Source: an uncultured Gammaproteobacteria bacterium
GTDB taxonomy: Bacteria > Patescibacteriota > Patescibacteriia > JAHIZJ01
Direction: 5' to 3'
DNA length: 64,000 nt
Assembly: GCA_964594455.1 (NCBI GenBank)
Contig: CAZQLY010000003.1
Span: forward strand, 37,360-101,359
This document shows, one piece after another, positions 27,687 through 37,400 of the stretch. A model generated the notes under the pieces. It was not told where the DNA came from, did no database searches, and saw only the letters and a list, made by a program, of their open reading frames with translations. How positions within the stretch are numbered: the stretch's first letter is position 1; every line of letters begins with the position of its first letter. A program made the translations under genes and the position numbers.

Positions 27687-27763
27687 TGGTGACAGGGGTG
27701 GGAATCGAACCCACGACCTAGGGCTTATGAGTCCCTCGCTCTAACCAACTGAGCTACCCTGCC
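27687..27763 (-). tRNA. tRNA with CAT anticodon (elongator Met or lysidine-modified Ile2); CCA encoded
   Basis: Minus-strand cloverleaf GGCAGGG-TA-GCTC-AGTTGGTTA-GAGC...CTCATAA...GTGGG-TTCGATT-CCCAC-CCCTGTC-A-CCA. Position 1 pairs G1:C72, so it is not an initiator. Confidence 0.8.
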
Positions 27764-28097
27764 TTACATGGTTTCTTTTACTTTTTATTTTCAGAAAAAG
27801 ATCTTCATCAGGTCGTTTTAACAACCTTTTTCTAGTAAAGGCAATACCAGAAGCAGTTTTTAAATATTTTTCAAAACTCAACGCCGTATGTTTATCTTCG
27901 AAGACACAATAGAACTTAAGATGCCAATTCCGTGAGTTTGAAGTGTATCCGGTTGTAGATGTTGCATGCCTATATAATCGTCCTTGAAGATTTGTCGTAT
28001 ATCCTTTATAAAGTCTTTTTGTAACAGAATTCATCAGAACATATACTGTGTGTTTCATAACACTATACCATACTCCCCGCTGCATTTTTGTGGACAT
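27741..28097 (-). CDS. small GIY-YIG nuclease-domain protein (YhbQ/UPF0213-like)
   Basis: ..HTVYVLMNSVTKRLYKGYTTNLQGRLYRHA...WHLKFYCVFEDKHTALSFEKYLKTASG.. matches the GIY-YIG motifs. The true start is probably an internal Met (28085 or 28058). The 3' end overlaps the tRNA at 27687-27763 by ~23 nt. Confidence 0.5.
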   Translation of the reverse strand: MSTKMQRGVWYSVMKHTVYVLMNSVTKRLYKGYTTNLQGRLYRHATSTTGYTSNSRNWHLKFYCVFEDKHTALSFEKYLKTASGIAFTRKRLLKRPDEDLFLKIKSKRNHVRQGSSVG

Positions 28098-28117
28098 CCT
28101 TCGCTAGCGCGAAGGAT
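28096..28117 (-). promoter_or_regulatory. perfect 9-bp hairpin (ATCCTTCGC-TAGC-GCGAAGGAT) directly abutting the tRNA 3' end
   Basis: It has no T-run. The hairpin includes the GAAGGAT Shine-Dalgarno-like element and the first ATG of the GIY-YIG ORF, and may be a processing or translational-control structure. Confidence 0.4.
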
Positions 28118-28192
28118 GGTTGCGGGGCCCGGACTCGAACCGGGAACCTCAAGGTTATGAGCCTTGCGAGCTACCAATTGCTCCACCCCGCG
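28117..28192 (-). tRNA. initiator tRNA-fMet (CAT), CCA encoded
   Basis: Minus-strand cloverleaf CGCGGGG-TG-GAGC-AATTGGTA-GCTC-G-CAAGG-CTCATAA-CCTTG-AGGTT-CCCGG-TTCGAGT-CCGGG-CCCCGCA-A-CCA. The C1:A72 mismatch is typical of bacterial initiators. Confidence 0.8.
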
Positions 28193-28426
28193 ATGAGAAA
28201 ATACATTTTCACCGTAGTTTTGATAATAACCCATATTTGTATTTTAATCAAGTGTTTGACAGAAAAAGAATAATTGCTAAAATAAGCACGTTGATTTAAC
28301 TATCAGCGGCTCATTTTATTGTCTTGGTTTGAGGACAGCGGAAGTACCGTTGTGGACTAATCAGGCGCTTTCAGCCAATAAGTAATTCCTCAATAGGAAG
28401 AGGCTTATGGGTTGGAGGAGGAAATA

Positions 28427-29293
28427 ATGCCAAAACAGACAGAGGACAAGTGCAAGGACTGTTGGGAAAAAGAATGCTTTCCCAACATCTCATCGTCACG
28501 TAGGCGGTCAATTCTCGGTTTTATCTTAATCTTGTTTTTTGCAGCTGACTTTGCCGGGATTGCGTTCTTCTTACAACCAACACCCATTGCAGCCACGTGC
28601 CTGTATCTGGGCAGTGTTGCTCTGACGGGAGGGGCAATCTGTTGGTTTATCAAGGAAGGAATCGGACGAAGCAAATACTACTTTGTCCAAGGCGATCGTG
28701 AACACCTGCATCGCAAGAAACCGCAGATTATTGATCGTAACGGAAGCATAATAGGAGACGGTGTAATCCATCCCCGGTTATTCAAGGGGTATGTCCTGCA
28801 GTTGTATCATGGCGGCTGGTTTCGGCAGCGTCGTGTGTTGGTAGCGAGTGAAAGCGATAGAGAGTTTTCACTGCTGGCAAGCTGGAGGATCAACTGTTGG
28901 AAGGGTAACCACGATCTTTATCTCACCGACCAGCGTGGAGAAGTGCGGGGACCGTTCTCTCCTAAACATGCTCTAGAGATCGTAGCTAACCACTATTCGT
29001 TTAAATGTCTGGACAGGATTTCTGATCAGCGTTTAGCAGCTCTGCAGATCGCCCTCAGCTTCCTTTGGAAGATGCATGAATTTCTGGGAGAGGGTCGCAA
29101 GGGAACCGGTTGGGGAGATTCCAAGTACGCCCGGTTGATGAGGGATGCAATCGGGATGGTGCGAGAGTCTATCCGTAACCAGCTGCTCAAAACGGAAGGC
29201 GGTAGTGCCGTAGAAGATCTCCAAGCTACTTGGAGCCGTATGACAGCTGAGGAAATCATTCGGCACCTGACTCAGTCCACTCACGCAGCCTAG
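28427..29293 (+). CDS. hypothetical membrane protein (two N-terminal TM helices plus a soluble domain; possibly bPH/DUF304-like)
   Basis: The probable start is the ATG at 28427, preceded by GGAGGAGG. GC-rich. Inserted between the tRNA-fMet and tRNA-Leu genes. Confidence 0.4.
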   Translation: MPKQTEDKCKDCWEKECFPNISSSRRRSILGFILILFFAADFAGIAFFLQPTPIAATCLYLGSVALTGGAICWFIKEGIGRSKYYFVQGDREHLHRKKPQIIDRNGSIIGDGVIHPRLFKGYVLQLYHGGWFRQRRVLVASESDREFSLLASWRINCWKGNHDLYLTDQRGEVRGPFSPKHALEIVANHYSFKCLDRISDQRLAALQIALSFLWKMHEFLGEGRKGTGWGDSKYARLMRDAIGMVRESIRNQLLKTEGGSAVEDLQATWSRMTAEEIIRHLTQSTHAA

Positions 29294-29300
29294 TTCATGC

Positions 29301-29329
29301 GCGGTCGTTAGACAACGACCGCTTTTTTT
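29301..29329 (+). terminator. rho-independent terminator
   Basis: GCGGTCGTT-AGAC-AACGACCGC followed by TTTTTTT. Confidence 0.7.
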
Positions 29330-29330
29330 A

Positions 29331-29360
29331 ATTCAAAAAAGTCATGTTTAAATGACTTTT
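29331..29360 (-). terminator. rho-independent terminator for the tRNA-Leu transcript
   Basis: AAAAGTCAT-GTTTAA-ATGACTTTT, with a T-run on the minus strand. Confidence 0.6.
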
Positions 29361-29365
29361 GAATA

Positions 29366-29454
<89 letters not shown>

Positions 29455-29513
29455 AATTTAGCTATTTCGTATCTATGGTAATTGAAAATAGGGTATTTGT
29501 CAACGAAAAACAT

Positions 29514-29542
29514 TTGTAGTAAATAGTATTTTTTAGTATAAT
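29514..29542 (+). promoter_or_regulatory. sigma70-type promoter (TTGTAG-N17-TATAAT) upstream of parA
   Basis: TTGTAGtaaatagtattttttagTATAAT. Confidence 0.5.
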
Positions 29543-29573
29543 AATGTAAGTATTCTGTTGATATATATATTAG

Positions 29574-30362
29574 ATGTCTCGAATCATTTCAGTTGTAAAT
29601 CAAAAGGGAGGAGTCGGAAAAACGACAACCGCAATAAACCTAGCTGCTTCTTTAGCGGCACTAGGCAAGTTTGTGTTATTGGTGGATATTGATCCCCAGG
29701 CTAATGCCACTAGTGGCATTGGCATCAATCATCGCGAATTAGATAAAGGTATTTACGAAACTCTAGTCTCGCCAGTTTCGCTAAATGAGGTAATCAGGGA
29801 GACTCCACGATACGGATTAAGAATTGCTCCGGCCACCATTTCTTTGGCAGGCGCTACGGTTGAACTGGTCAATATCCCTAAGCGGGAATTTCTACTGTCC
29901 GAAAACCTAAGAGAGGTAATGGAAGACTACGATTATATTATTATTGACAACCCCCCTTCACTAGGTTTGCTAACAATTAACGGATTAGTGGCTGCCCAGG
30001 AAGTATTGATACCTGTTCAATGCGAATACTACTCACTAGAAGGTTTGAGTCAATTATTAAATACTATCAATCTAGTAAAAAAGAATTTAAGGAAAGATCT
30101 AGATGTCTTGGGTGCAGTATTAACAATGTACGACCAGCGTTATAAATTAAGTCAGGCTGTGATGGAGGAATTATACAAATATTTTCCCAATCGTATCTTT
30201 CGCTCAGTTATACCTCGAAACATTAAATTAGCTGAGGCCCCTAGCCATGGTAAGCCGGTCCGGGATTATTCTAAACGTTCCAAGGCTACCAAAGCTTATG
30301 AAAGATTAGGCCGTGAAGTAATAGACACTGAAATACATCCTATTAATACAATAAAACTATGA
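29574..30362 (+). CDS. parA: chromosome partitioning ATPase ParA/Soj
   Basis: MSRIISVVNQKGGVGKTTTAINLAASLA.. carries the deviant Walker A motif. 262 aa. Confidence 0.8.
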   Translation: MSRIISVVNQKGGVGKTTTAINLAASLAALGKFVLLVDIDPQANATSGIGINHRELDKGIYETLVSPVSLNEVIRETPRYGLRIAPATISLAGATVELVNIPKREFLLSENLREVMEDYDYIIIDNPPSLGLLTINGLVAAQEVLIPVQCEYYSLEGLSQLLNTINLVKKNLRKDLDVLGAVLTMYDQRYKLSQAVMEELYKYFPNRIFRSVIPRNIKLAEAPSHGKPVRDYSKRSKATKAYERLGREVIDTEIHPINTIKL

Positions 30363-31216
30363 CCAAATATCAAGGATTGGGTAGAGGGCTTGGATCCCTT
30401 ATACCTAGCCAGGACGAAAATGCCTCAACGGGTATTAAAAGCGGAAACAAGGAAATTATGGAGGTGGCTATTAATTCAATTGAGGCTAATCCGCATCAAC
30501 CGCGTACCAGTATTGAGGAAACAAATTTAGATGATTTAGTGAACTCGATAAGGGTTCACGGAATTATTCAGCCATTATTGGTTAGTCCGACTAAAGATGG
30601 TTATCAATTAATTGCTGGAGAACGGCGCTTCCGTGCAGCAAAAATTTTGGGTTTAAAAACAATACCAGCGATTGTGCGTCGTTCGGATGAGGTTGAGAAG
30701 CTTGAGCTGGCCATTATTGAGAACATGCAGCGTGAGGACCTCAATCCTTTAGAAAGAGCTAACGCCTATCATCGACTGATTGAGGAGTTTAGCTATACTC
30801 AAGATGAAGTAGCCAGAAAATTAGGCCAGAGCCGAAGTCAGGTAGCCAATGGTTTGCGACTTCTCCAATTGCCGGAAGAGGTAAAAAAAGCTATAATAAA
30901 CAACAAGATAACGGAAGGTCACGCTAAGGCTTTGCTAAGCTTATCGACGGGAAAAGAGCAGCTTCAATTTCTAGAAAAGATCATTTCGAATGAGTTAACG
31001 GTTCGTGATGTCGAATCCCAAGTGCGTAAAGTTAAGGTCAAATCACATCAAAGAAAAAAAGGCCAAAATTACGATGTGATAAAAAAGGAGGATCTTCTGA
31101 CCGAAGCTCTACGGACCAAGGTGAAAATAACCAAACGCGGAGGAAAAGGAAAAATAACAATAGAATTTTATTCTGATGAAGAGTTAAATTCATTAATAAA
31201 TAAATTAACAATATAA
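30359..31216 (+). CDS. parB: chromosome partitioning protein ParB/Spo0J
   Basis: ..IIQPLLV...GERRFRAAKILGL.. ParB box plus an HTH region. The start overlaps the parA stop. Confidence 0.8.
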   Translation: MTKYQGLGRGLGSLIPSQDENASTGIKSGNKEIMEVAINSIEANPHQPRTSIEETNLDDLVNSIRVHGIIQPLLVSPTKDGYQLIAGERRFRAAKILGLKTIPAIVRRSDEVEKLELAIIENMQREDLNPLERANAYHRLIEEFSYTQDEVARKLGQSRSQVANGLRLLQLPEEVKKAIINNKITEGHAKALLSLSTGKEQLQFLEKIISNELTVRDVESQVRKVKVKSHQRKKGQNYDVIKKEDLLTEALRTKVKITKRGGKGKITIEFYSDEELNSLINKLTI

Positions 31217-31229
31217 TCAATAAATTCTT

Positions 31230-33584
31230 ATGGAAGTTCTTCAACCACGAAAAAGATTTTCACTCAAATCAATTTTCCGGCCCGATTCTCAATCAGTTCT
31301 TGATATTATAATTCGCTGGTCAATGTTTTTGGCCGTGTTTTTGATACCAATATTTTTCTTGACCTCTACTCAGGACATGTTTGATCTCAATAAGAGTCTC
31401 TTGTTTTGCTTGTTAACCTTGATCGGTGTCTTGGCCTGGCTGGGCAAGATTGTCTTTAAAAAGGGCTTTAATTTTCGTCGAACGGCTCTGGATGTCCCCT
31501 TAGTAATTTTTGGGTTTTTGTATATTATAGTTTCTCTTTTTTCACAGAATTGGCATACTAGCATAGCTGGACAAGCGAGCTACTACCATCACACGTTGGT
31601 AGTAACAATATTTTTTATCCTGTTTTACTTTTTATTGGTAAATAATTTCCGAACCAAAAAAGATGTTCAGGCTCTACTAGGCACTCTTATAATATCTACT
31701 GGTTTTGTTGCCATAGTAAGCTTATTGCAGCTTTTTGGAGCGTATATCTTTTTATCAGAGGCCACTAAGTCTATCGGATTCAACTTGATATTTAATTCAG
31801 TAGTCATATTGGGGTTGTTCCTGGCAATAATGTTGCCCGTGATCTTGAGCTTCTTAGTATTTACAAAAAATCAGATCAGTCGAGCCTTACTTATCATACT
31901 GGGAATAATCGATTTCACAGTATTGTTTATCTTAGACATCAACCTAGTCTGGTATACGGCCATTGGCGGATTATTTGTATTCCTAGTCCTGTTAACAATG
32001 AGATCAAAAGACTTAGAATCCCGTTGGGCGATATTGCCGACTGTTTTACTGGTTCTATCCGCAATATTTATCTTTGTTAATGTTTCTGATCTTACCAACG
32101 TTGTGGTGTCAGAAGATATAGTCCTGGATCACCAAACCACCTGGTCAATAGCTAAATCCACTCTGTCGGATTCACCTCTTTTTGGAACAGGACCAGAGGT
32201 TTTTAGCCAGGCTTTTGCTGAACACCGACCTCTCAGCTTCAACGACACAATCCTCTGGAGTTTGAGTTTCATAAAAGGTTCAAGTGAATTCATGCAAATA
32301 TTGATTACCACAGGGCTGTTAGTGACTGTGGTCTATCTCTATCTGTTTATCCGGTTCTTAATAACATTTATTGCCCAGGCCACCAAAAAAGATGATGATA
32401 AAACTGACTGGCTGCTAAAAGCCGCAATATTCCTGCCCTGGCTAGCCCTGTTTGTGATCAGTTTCTTCTATCCGTTTAGTTTTGTTCTGAGCTTTATGTT
32501 GTGGCTGCTTTTGGCTCTTGGCACAAGCTTAGTTACCAAGGATAAGGGTGAGGTATTAGAAACAAAACCCTCTCCTGCTATAGGATTCAGCAGTTCGATA
32601 GCCTTCTCTCTGTTAGTGGTATTGGGAATTGTATTCCTTTATGGCGCAGGATCAATCTGGTTAGGTGAGTACAACTATGTTAAGGGCAATAAGGCTATGA
32701 TCGATGAGGATGTTGTTACTGCACAGCAAAAATATGATCGAGCAATAGAACTGGATGGCGAAAGACCTCTGTATTATTTTGCATTAGCTCAAAGCTTTAT
32801 CGAGCAAGCTGACTCAATATTACCGCAAAGCAACGACGAGGTTAATCAAATCAGTGATTTGGTTACTTTAGCCCAAGTTGCGGCTTCACAGGGTTTAGCC
32901 GTTGATATAGAAGATCCAATATTATATAGCAGCTTCATAAATGTATACGCGGACGTTCTACAATTTGACCCAAACGTCTACACTGATATATCGGCTGCTT
33001 ATGATAAACTGATCGAATTAGACCCCAACAACCCGTTGAATTATGTGGAAGCGGGGGACAACAATATCTCTATGGGTCAACTGGTATTAAGTAATTTACC
33101 TGAAGATGATGAAGAACAGGCTCAACAGATGACTGATGAGGTCAATAAGCTATTCCAGAGCGCTCAGGACTATTACCAGAAAGGTGCTGAATTAAAAACA
33201 GATTATGTCATAGCAGAGTTAAAACATGATTTGGCCTATGAATTGTTAGGCGACATTGATACCACTATTGATGAATTAAAGAAACTGGCTGAAGCCTATC
33301 CAACCAGCGTTGACGCTCATTACGAACTAGGACGGATATATTACGCTACTGAACAAACCGACTTAGCCAAACAACAGTTTGTGGCAGTACTAAACCTGAA
33401 CCCGGATCATGCTAATGCTGGCTATCAGTTGGGTGAAATTGTCCAGGCCGAGGGTGACAAAGATACGGCAATCACACTATTTACTCGAGTACTAGCCAAC
33501 AACCCAGATGACGAGAATGTACGTCAAAAGTTAGAAGAACTAGGAGTAACTATTGAAGACCAAAGAGAGAAAACTTCTGAATAA
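31230..33584 (+). CDS. large polytopic membrane protein with an O-antigen ligase (Wzy_C)-like core and a C-terminal TPR-repeat domain
   Basis: 784 aa with more than 10 TM helices. The C-terminal ~250 aa contain TPR-like repeats (..AHYELGRIYYATEQTDLAKQQFVAVLNLNPDHANAGYQLGEI..). Confidence 0.45.
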   Translation: MEVLQPRKRFSLKSIFRPDSQSVLDIIIRWSMFLAVFLIPIFFLTSTQDMFDLNKSLLFCLLTLIGVLAWLGKIVFKKGFNFRRTALDVPLVIFGFLYIIVSLFSQNWHTSIAGQASYYHHTLVVTIFFILFYFLLVNNFRTKKDVQALLGTLIISTGFVAIVSLLQLFGAYIFLSEATKSIGFNLIFNSVVILGLFLAIMLPVILSFLVFTKNQISRALLIILGIIDFTVLFILDINLVWYTAIGGLFVFLVLLTMRSKDLESRWAILPTVLLVLSAIFIFVNVSDLTNVVVSEDIVLDHQTTWSIAKSTLSDSPLFGTGPEVFSQAFAEHRPLSFNDTILWSLSFIKGSSEFMQILITTGLLVTVVYLYLFIRFLITFIAQATKKDDDKTDWLLKAAIFLPWLALFVISFFYPFSFVLSFMLWLLLALGTSLVTKDKGEVLETKPSPAIGFSSSIAFSLLVVLGIVFLYGAGSIWLGEYNYVKGNKAMIDEDVVTAQQKYDRAIELDGERPLYYFALAQSFIEQADSILPQSNDEVNQISDLVTLAQVAASQGLAVDIEDPILYSSFINVYADVLQFDPNVYTDISAAYDKLIELDPNNPLNYVEAGDNNISMGQLVLSNLPEDDEEQAQQMTDEVNKLFQSAQDYYQKGAELKTDYVIAELKHDLAYELLGDIDTTIDELKKLAEAYPTSVDAHYELGRIYYATEQTDLAKQQFVAVLNLNPDHANAGYQLGEIVQAEGDKDTAITLFTRVLANNPDDENVRQKLEELGVTIEDQREKTSE

Positions 33585-33649
33585 TCCAACAGAGAATAAA
33601 AAAGAAAAATATCAAAAGGCCGTTCTATCGAGAATGGCTTTTTGAATAT

Positions 33650-35086
33650 TCAGCTTTTAATTGAGGTTCTGATCCGGTAACGGGCGTGATTTGTTTTAAC
33701 AAATTTCAACCAATCACGATTAGGCTTGGTTCTTTTTTTGTCGATAATAATCTCGCACATATCACCACTCTTCAGTGGTGTTTTTAGATTAGCGATTTGA
33801 TTATTGATTCTAGCACTGCCACATCGATCACCCAAGTCAGAATGAATAGAATAGGCGAAATCGACCGGAGTTGAGTCTTCTGGTAGGTCTATGACATCAC
33901 CTCTGGGTGTAAATACAAATATGCGATTTTGAAAAGCATCTATCTTTAATGAATCTAAGTATTTTTTGTTATCCCGTAGGCCTTTCTGCCATTCCAATAA
34001 TTGGTTGATCCATTCTAGTTTTTTAGGAGGAATCTCAGAAAGTTTCCCTTGCTCGGTATAATGCCAGTGGGCAGCGATACCATGTTCGGCTAAGTCATGC
34101 ATCTTAGGGTCTCGTATTTGAAATTCCACGACTTGGCCGTTATCACAGAATACAGTGGTGTGCAGAGATTGATAGCCATTAGGCTTGGGAGTGGCTATGT
34201 AATCTTTTATCCTACCCTTTAAGGGTTTCCAAAGCGTATGAATTGCACCCAGAACGGCATAGCATTCCTGGATATTTTTCACTATGATGCGCAGTGCCAC
34301 AATATCGTGAATCCGATCTATATCATTATCATGTTGGAGCAGTTTTTTGTATAAGCTGTACAAATGTTTAGTCCGTCCATGAATGTCAATTGGAGTGATA
34401 CTCTCACTTTTTAGTTCTTCTTGTACTCTTTTTTTAATATAATTGATGTCGCTCTGTTTCTTGTGATACTGTTCATCAAACAATTGCTTTGTTTTCTGGT
34501 ATTCTTTGGGATAAACGTATTTAAACGACATGTCTTCCAAGCATCCTTTTATCTCGCCAATACCTAAGCGATTAGCGATTGGCGCATATATTTCCAGGGT
34601 TTCCAGGGCAATTCGTTGTTGCTTGTCTTTAGGCAGGGCGTCCAAGGTGTTTAGATTATGCATCCGGTCGGCAAATTTGATCAAAATAACGCGGATATCA
34701 GATGCCATGGCGACAAACATCTTACGCAAGTTTTCAATGTAGCGTTCTAAGCCTCGATATTTCAGGGTCCCCAACTTAGTAACGCCTTCGACCAAAAAAG
34801 CTACCTCTTCGCCAAACTCACGTTTAATTTCGTGTATTGATTCAGCAGTCTCTTCTGGAACATCGTGAAGTAAGCCAGCGATAATAGTGGGCTGGTCTAA
34901 TTTAAGATTAATCAGCGTCAAAGCAGTGGCAGCCGGATGAGTAATGTATGGAGCACCTGATTTGCGTTTTTGTTGGCTGTGGGCTTGATCAGCGTACTCA
35001 TAGGCGCGACGCAATAAGTTCAAGTCTAAATCCAGACCATTTTTCTTGGCGGCGTGTTTTAAATTTTCGTAGGTTACTTTACTCAT
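33650..35086 (-). CDS. RelA/SpoT-family (p)ppGpp synthetase/hydrolase, short form (HD + synthetase + TGS; no ACT domain)
   Basis: An HD motif (..HDVPEET..) is followed by the synthetase region ..ALRIIV...GRIKDYIATPKPNGYQSLHTTV.. and a TGS-like C-terminus ..IFVFTPRGDVIDLPEDSTPVDFAYSIHSDLG... Confidence 0.7.
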   Translation of the reverse strand: MSKVTYENLKHAAKKNGLDLDLNLLRRAYEYADQAHSQQKRKSGAPYITHPAATALTLINLKLDQPTIIAGLLHDVPEETAESIHEIKREFGEEVAFLVEGVTKLGTLKYRGLERYIENLRKMFVAMASDIRVILIKFADRMHNLNTLDALPKDKQQRIALETLEIYAPIANRLGIGEIKGCLEDMSFKYVYPKEYQKTKQLFDEQYHKKQSDINYIKKRVQEELKSESITPIDIHGRTKHLYSLYKKLLQHDNDIDRIHDIVALRIIVKNIQECYAVLGAIHTLWKPLKGRIKDYIATPKPNGYQSLHTTVFCDNGQVVEFQIRDPKMHDLAEHGIAAHWHYTEQGKLSEIPPKKLEWINQLLEWQKGLRDNKKYLDSLKIDAFQNRIFVFTPRGDVIDLPEDSTPVDFAYSIHSDLGDRCGSARINNQIANLKTPLKSGDMCEIIIDKKRTKPNRDWLKFVKTNHARYRIRTSIKS

Positions 35087-35104
35087 ATGTTTTTTTGCAT
35101 ATGT

Positions 35105-35133
35105 AGTATAGCGATTAGGCAGCGTTAAAGCAA
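35105..35133 (-). promoter_or_regulatory. sigma70-type promoter (TTGCTT-N17-TATACT) for the RelA/SpoT-family gene
   Basis: The minus strand reads TTGCTTtaacgctgcctaatcgcTATACT. Confidence 0.4.
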
Positions 35134-35134
35134 A

Positions 35135-35160
35135 TAAAAAAACACCTCACAGGTGTTCTT
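35135..35160 (-). terminator. rho-independent terminator for topA
   Basis: ACACCT-CAC-AGGTGT hairpin, with a T-run on the minus strand. Confidence 0.55.
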
Positions 35161-35169
35161 TTGTACAGG

Positions 35170-37395
35170 CTATTTGATCTGATCGGCTGGTTTGCTGTAT
35201 TTACACTCTTTATTGCTGCAGTTGATAACTTTTTTTCCATACACCAACAGACTATCACACTCTGGGCATTTTTCACCGGTTGGTTTTGACCAGATAGCAT
35301 GTTGACATTTAGGGTATTGATTGCAGGCGTAAAAGGTCCGGCCTTTGCGACTGCGTTTTTCAATAATTTCTCCTTTGCCACACTGAGGGCATTTAACACC
35401 GGTGCTTTTTTCTATTTTTTTTATAAACTTGCAATCAGGATACCCACTACAGCCAAAAAACGGTCCAAAACGGCCCACCTTTCTCTGAAGTGGTTTGCCA
35501 CACTCAGGACATTTTTCATCTATTACCTCAGATTCTTCTGGTTCTCCGTCTCCATTGATCTGTTTGGTATTTTTGCAATCAGGATACCCACTACAGGCCA
35601 GGAATTTCCCAAACCGGCCCATCTTGATTACCATGGGTTTGTTGCATTTTTCACAAACTTCATCAGTTTTTTGTTCAGTCAACTCTTTCTTGGAAACCTC
35701 CTCTTCTTTCTTGCTCAGGTTTTCTTTAAACGGTGTGTAAAAGTCTTTTATTATCGGTACCCATTCTTTTTTACCTTCAGCTATTCGGTCCAGATTCTCC
35801 TCCATGTCCGCCGTGAATTTGTAATCAACTATTCTAGAAAAATGTTTTACCAGCACATCATTAACCAAGAAGCCCATCTCTGTTGGTTTTAAGCGGCGGT
35901 CTTCTTTTTCAATATATTTTCTGTACAAAAGAGTTGAAATGGTCGGAGCGTAAGTAGAAGGTCGCCCAATACCAAATTCTTCTAGAGCTTTAACCAGGCC
36001 GGCTTCTGAGAAACGGGCGGGTGGTTCAGTAAACTTCTGCTGAGGTTTGATTTCAATCAAATTCAGATCTTCATCTTTGGCCACTTCAGGCAGGATGCTA
36101 TCTTTTTGCTTGACTGGATAAACTTTGTAAAAACCGTCAAATTTTAAAACACTGCCTGTGGCTCTGAAAATATAATTATTATCACTGGTGATATCGATGG
36201 TTGTCTGTCCTAAAACTGCTTCGGGCATTTGACTGGATACAGCCCGGCGCCAGATCAGATCGTATATTTTGAAAATCCTGGCATCCAAATATTGTTTGAT
36301 TTCATTGGGCGCGCGCATCACATTGGTCGGGCGAATAGCCTCATGAGCTTCTTGAGCCAATCTTTGTTTCTTTTTGAAACGTCGAGGTGAGCTCAGCGTG
36401 TATTGATCTCCGAAAGTTTCTGCAATGTATTGCTTGGCTTCACCTAGAAACTTATCGGACAAATTAACAGAATCAGTTCTCATGTAAGTAATCAGACCGA
36501 CTGACCCCTCTTTTCCTATAGAGATACCTTCATATAGTTGTTGAGCCAGGTACATGGTCTGACGTGAAGAAAAACCGTATTTTCTATTTGCATCCTGCTG
36601 TAGAGTAGAGGTGGTGAATGGAGCAAAAGGGGAACGCTTTAATTCTTTGCTGCTCAAATCACCAACTTTATATTTAGCGTCCTCTAACTCTTTCAATATT
36701 TTTTTAGCTTCAGCCTCTTTAGTAATGGAAAACTTATCCATTCTTTTATCAGCTTTTTTGTAGAGACGAGCAGTTAAAACCGGCTTTGATTTATCTGTTT
36801 TTTCAAAATCAGCTTCGATCAGCCAATACTCTTTCGGCTTAAAAGCTTCAATCTCTCTTTCTCTTTCTACGATTACCCTCAGAGCGGCTGATTGAACCCT
36901 CCCAGCCGATAAGCCTTTAACTACCTTTTTCCATAAGAATGGAGACAGCTCATAACCAACTAAGCGATCCAAAACCCGGCGAGCCTGCTGGGCGTTAACT
37001 AGGTTGATATCGATTTTTCTGGGTTCAGCTACGGCCTTTTTGATGGCTGTTTCAGTTATTTCGTCAAACGTTATCCGGTTTACCTTATCTTCTGACGCAT
37101 CCAAAATATGCGCTAAATGCCAAGAAATAGCTTCACCTTCCCGATCTTCATCTGTAGCGAAATATATTGTATCAACGCCTTTAGCGTCTTTTTTGAGCTG
37201 GTTAACCGTCTTGCGGCTCTTAGTGGGAATAACGTATTGCGGTTCAAAGTTCTTCTCTATATCAATACCCATCTTGCTTTTAGGAAGATCGCGAATATGG
37301 CCGTTGGACGACTTAATGACAAAATCCTTCCCGAGGAATCGAGAAATGGTTTTTGCTTTGGTTGGTGACTCGACAATTACCAGTTTTTTCGCCAT
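35170..37395 (-). CDS. topA: DNA topoisomerase I with multiple C-terminal zinc-ribbon repeats
   Basis: MAKKLVIVESPTKAKTISRFLGKDFVIKSSNGHIRDLP.. Toprim N-terminus, and several C4 zinc ribbons (CxxC...CxxC) at the C-terminus. Confidence 0.85.
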   Translation of the reverse strand: MAKKLVIVESPTKAKTISRFLGKDFVIKSSNGHIRDLPKSKMGIDIEKNFEPQYVIPTKSRKTVNQLKKDAKGVDTIYFATDEDREGEAISWHLAHILDASEDKVNRITFDEITETAIKKAVAEPRKIDINLVNAQQARRVLDRLVGYELSPFLWKKVVKGLSAGRVQSAALRVIVEREREIEAFKPKEYWLIEADFEKTDKSKPVLTARLYKKADKRMDKFSITKEAEAKKILKELEDAKYKVGDLSSKELKRSPFAPFTTSTLQQDANRKYGFSSRQTMYLAQQLYEGISIGKEGSVGLITYMRTDSVNLSDKFLGEAKQYIAETFGDQYTLSSPRRFKKKQRLAQEAHEAIRPTNVMRAPNEIKQYLDARIFKIYDLIWRRAVSSQMPEAVLGQTTIDITSDNNYIFRATGSVLKFDGFYKVYPVKQKDSILPEVAKDEDLNLIEIKPQQKFTEPPARFSEAGLVKALEEFGIGRPSTYAPTISTLLYRKYIEKEDRRLKPTEMGFLVNDVLVKHFSRIVDYKFTADMEENLDRIAEGKKEWVPIIKDFYTPFKENLSKKEEEVSKKELTEQKTDEVCEKCNKPMVIKMGRFGKFLACSGYPDCKNTKQINGDGEPEESEVIDEKCPECGKPLQRKVGRFGPFFGCSGYPDCKFIKKIEKSTGVKCPQCGKGEIIEKRSRKGRTFYACNQYPKCQHAIWSKPTGEKCPECDSLLVYGKKVINCSNKECKYSKPADQIK

Positions 37396-37400
37396 GTTTT

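Noticed and set aside
35299-35892. 197-aa plus-strand ORF antisense to topA
   Set aside because: Antisense to the strongly supported topA zinc-ribbon region. Its translation is low-complexity and has no start signal.
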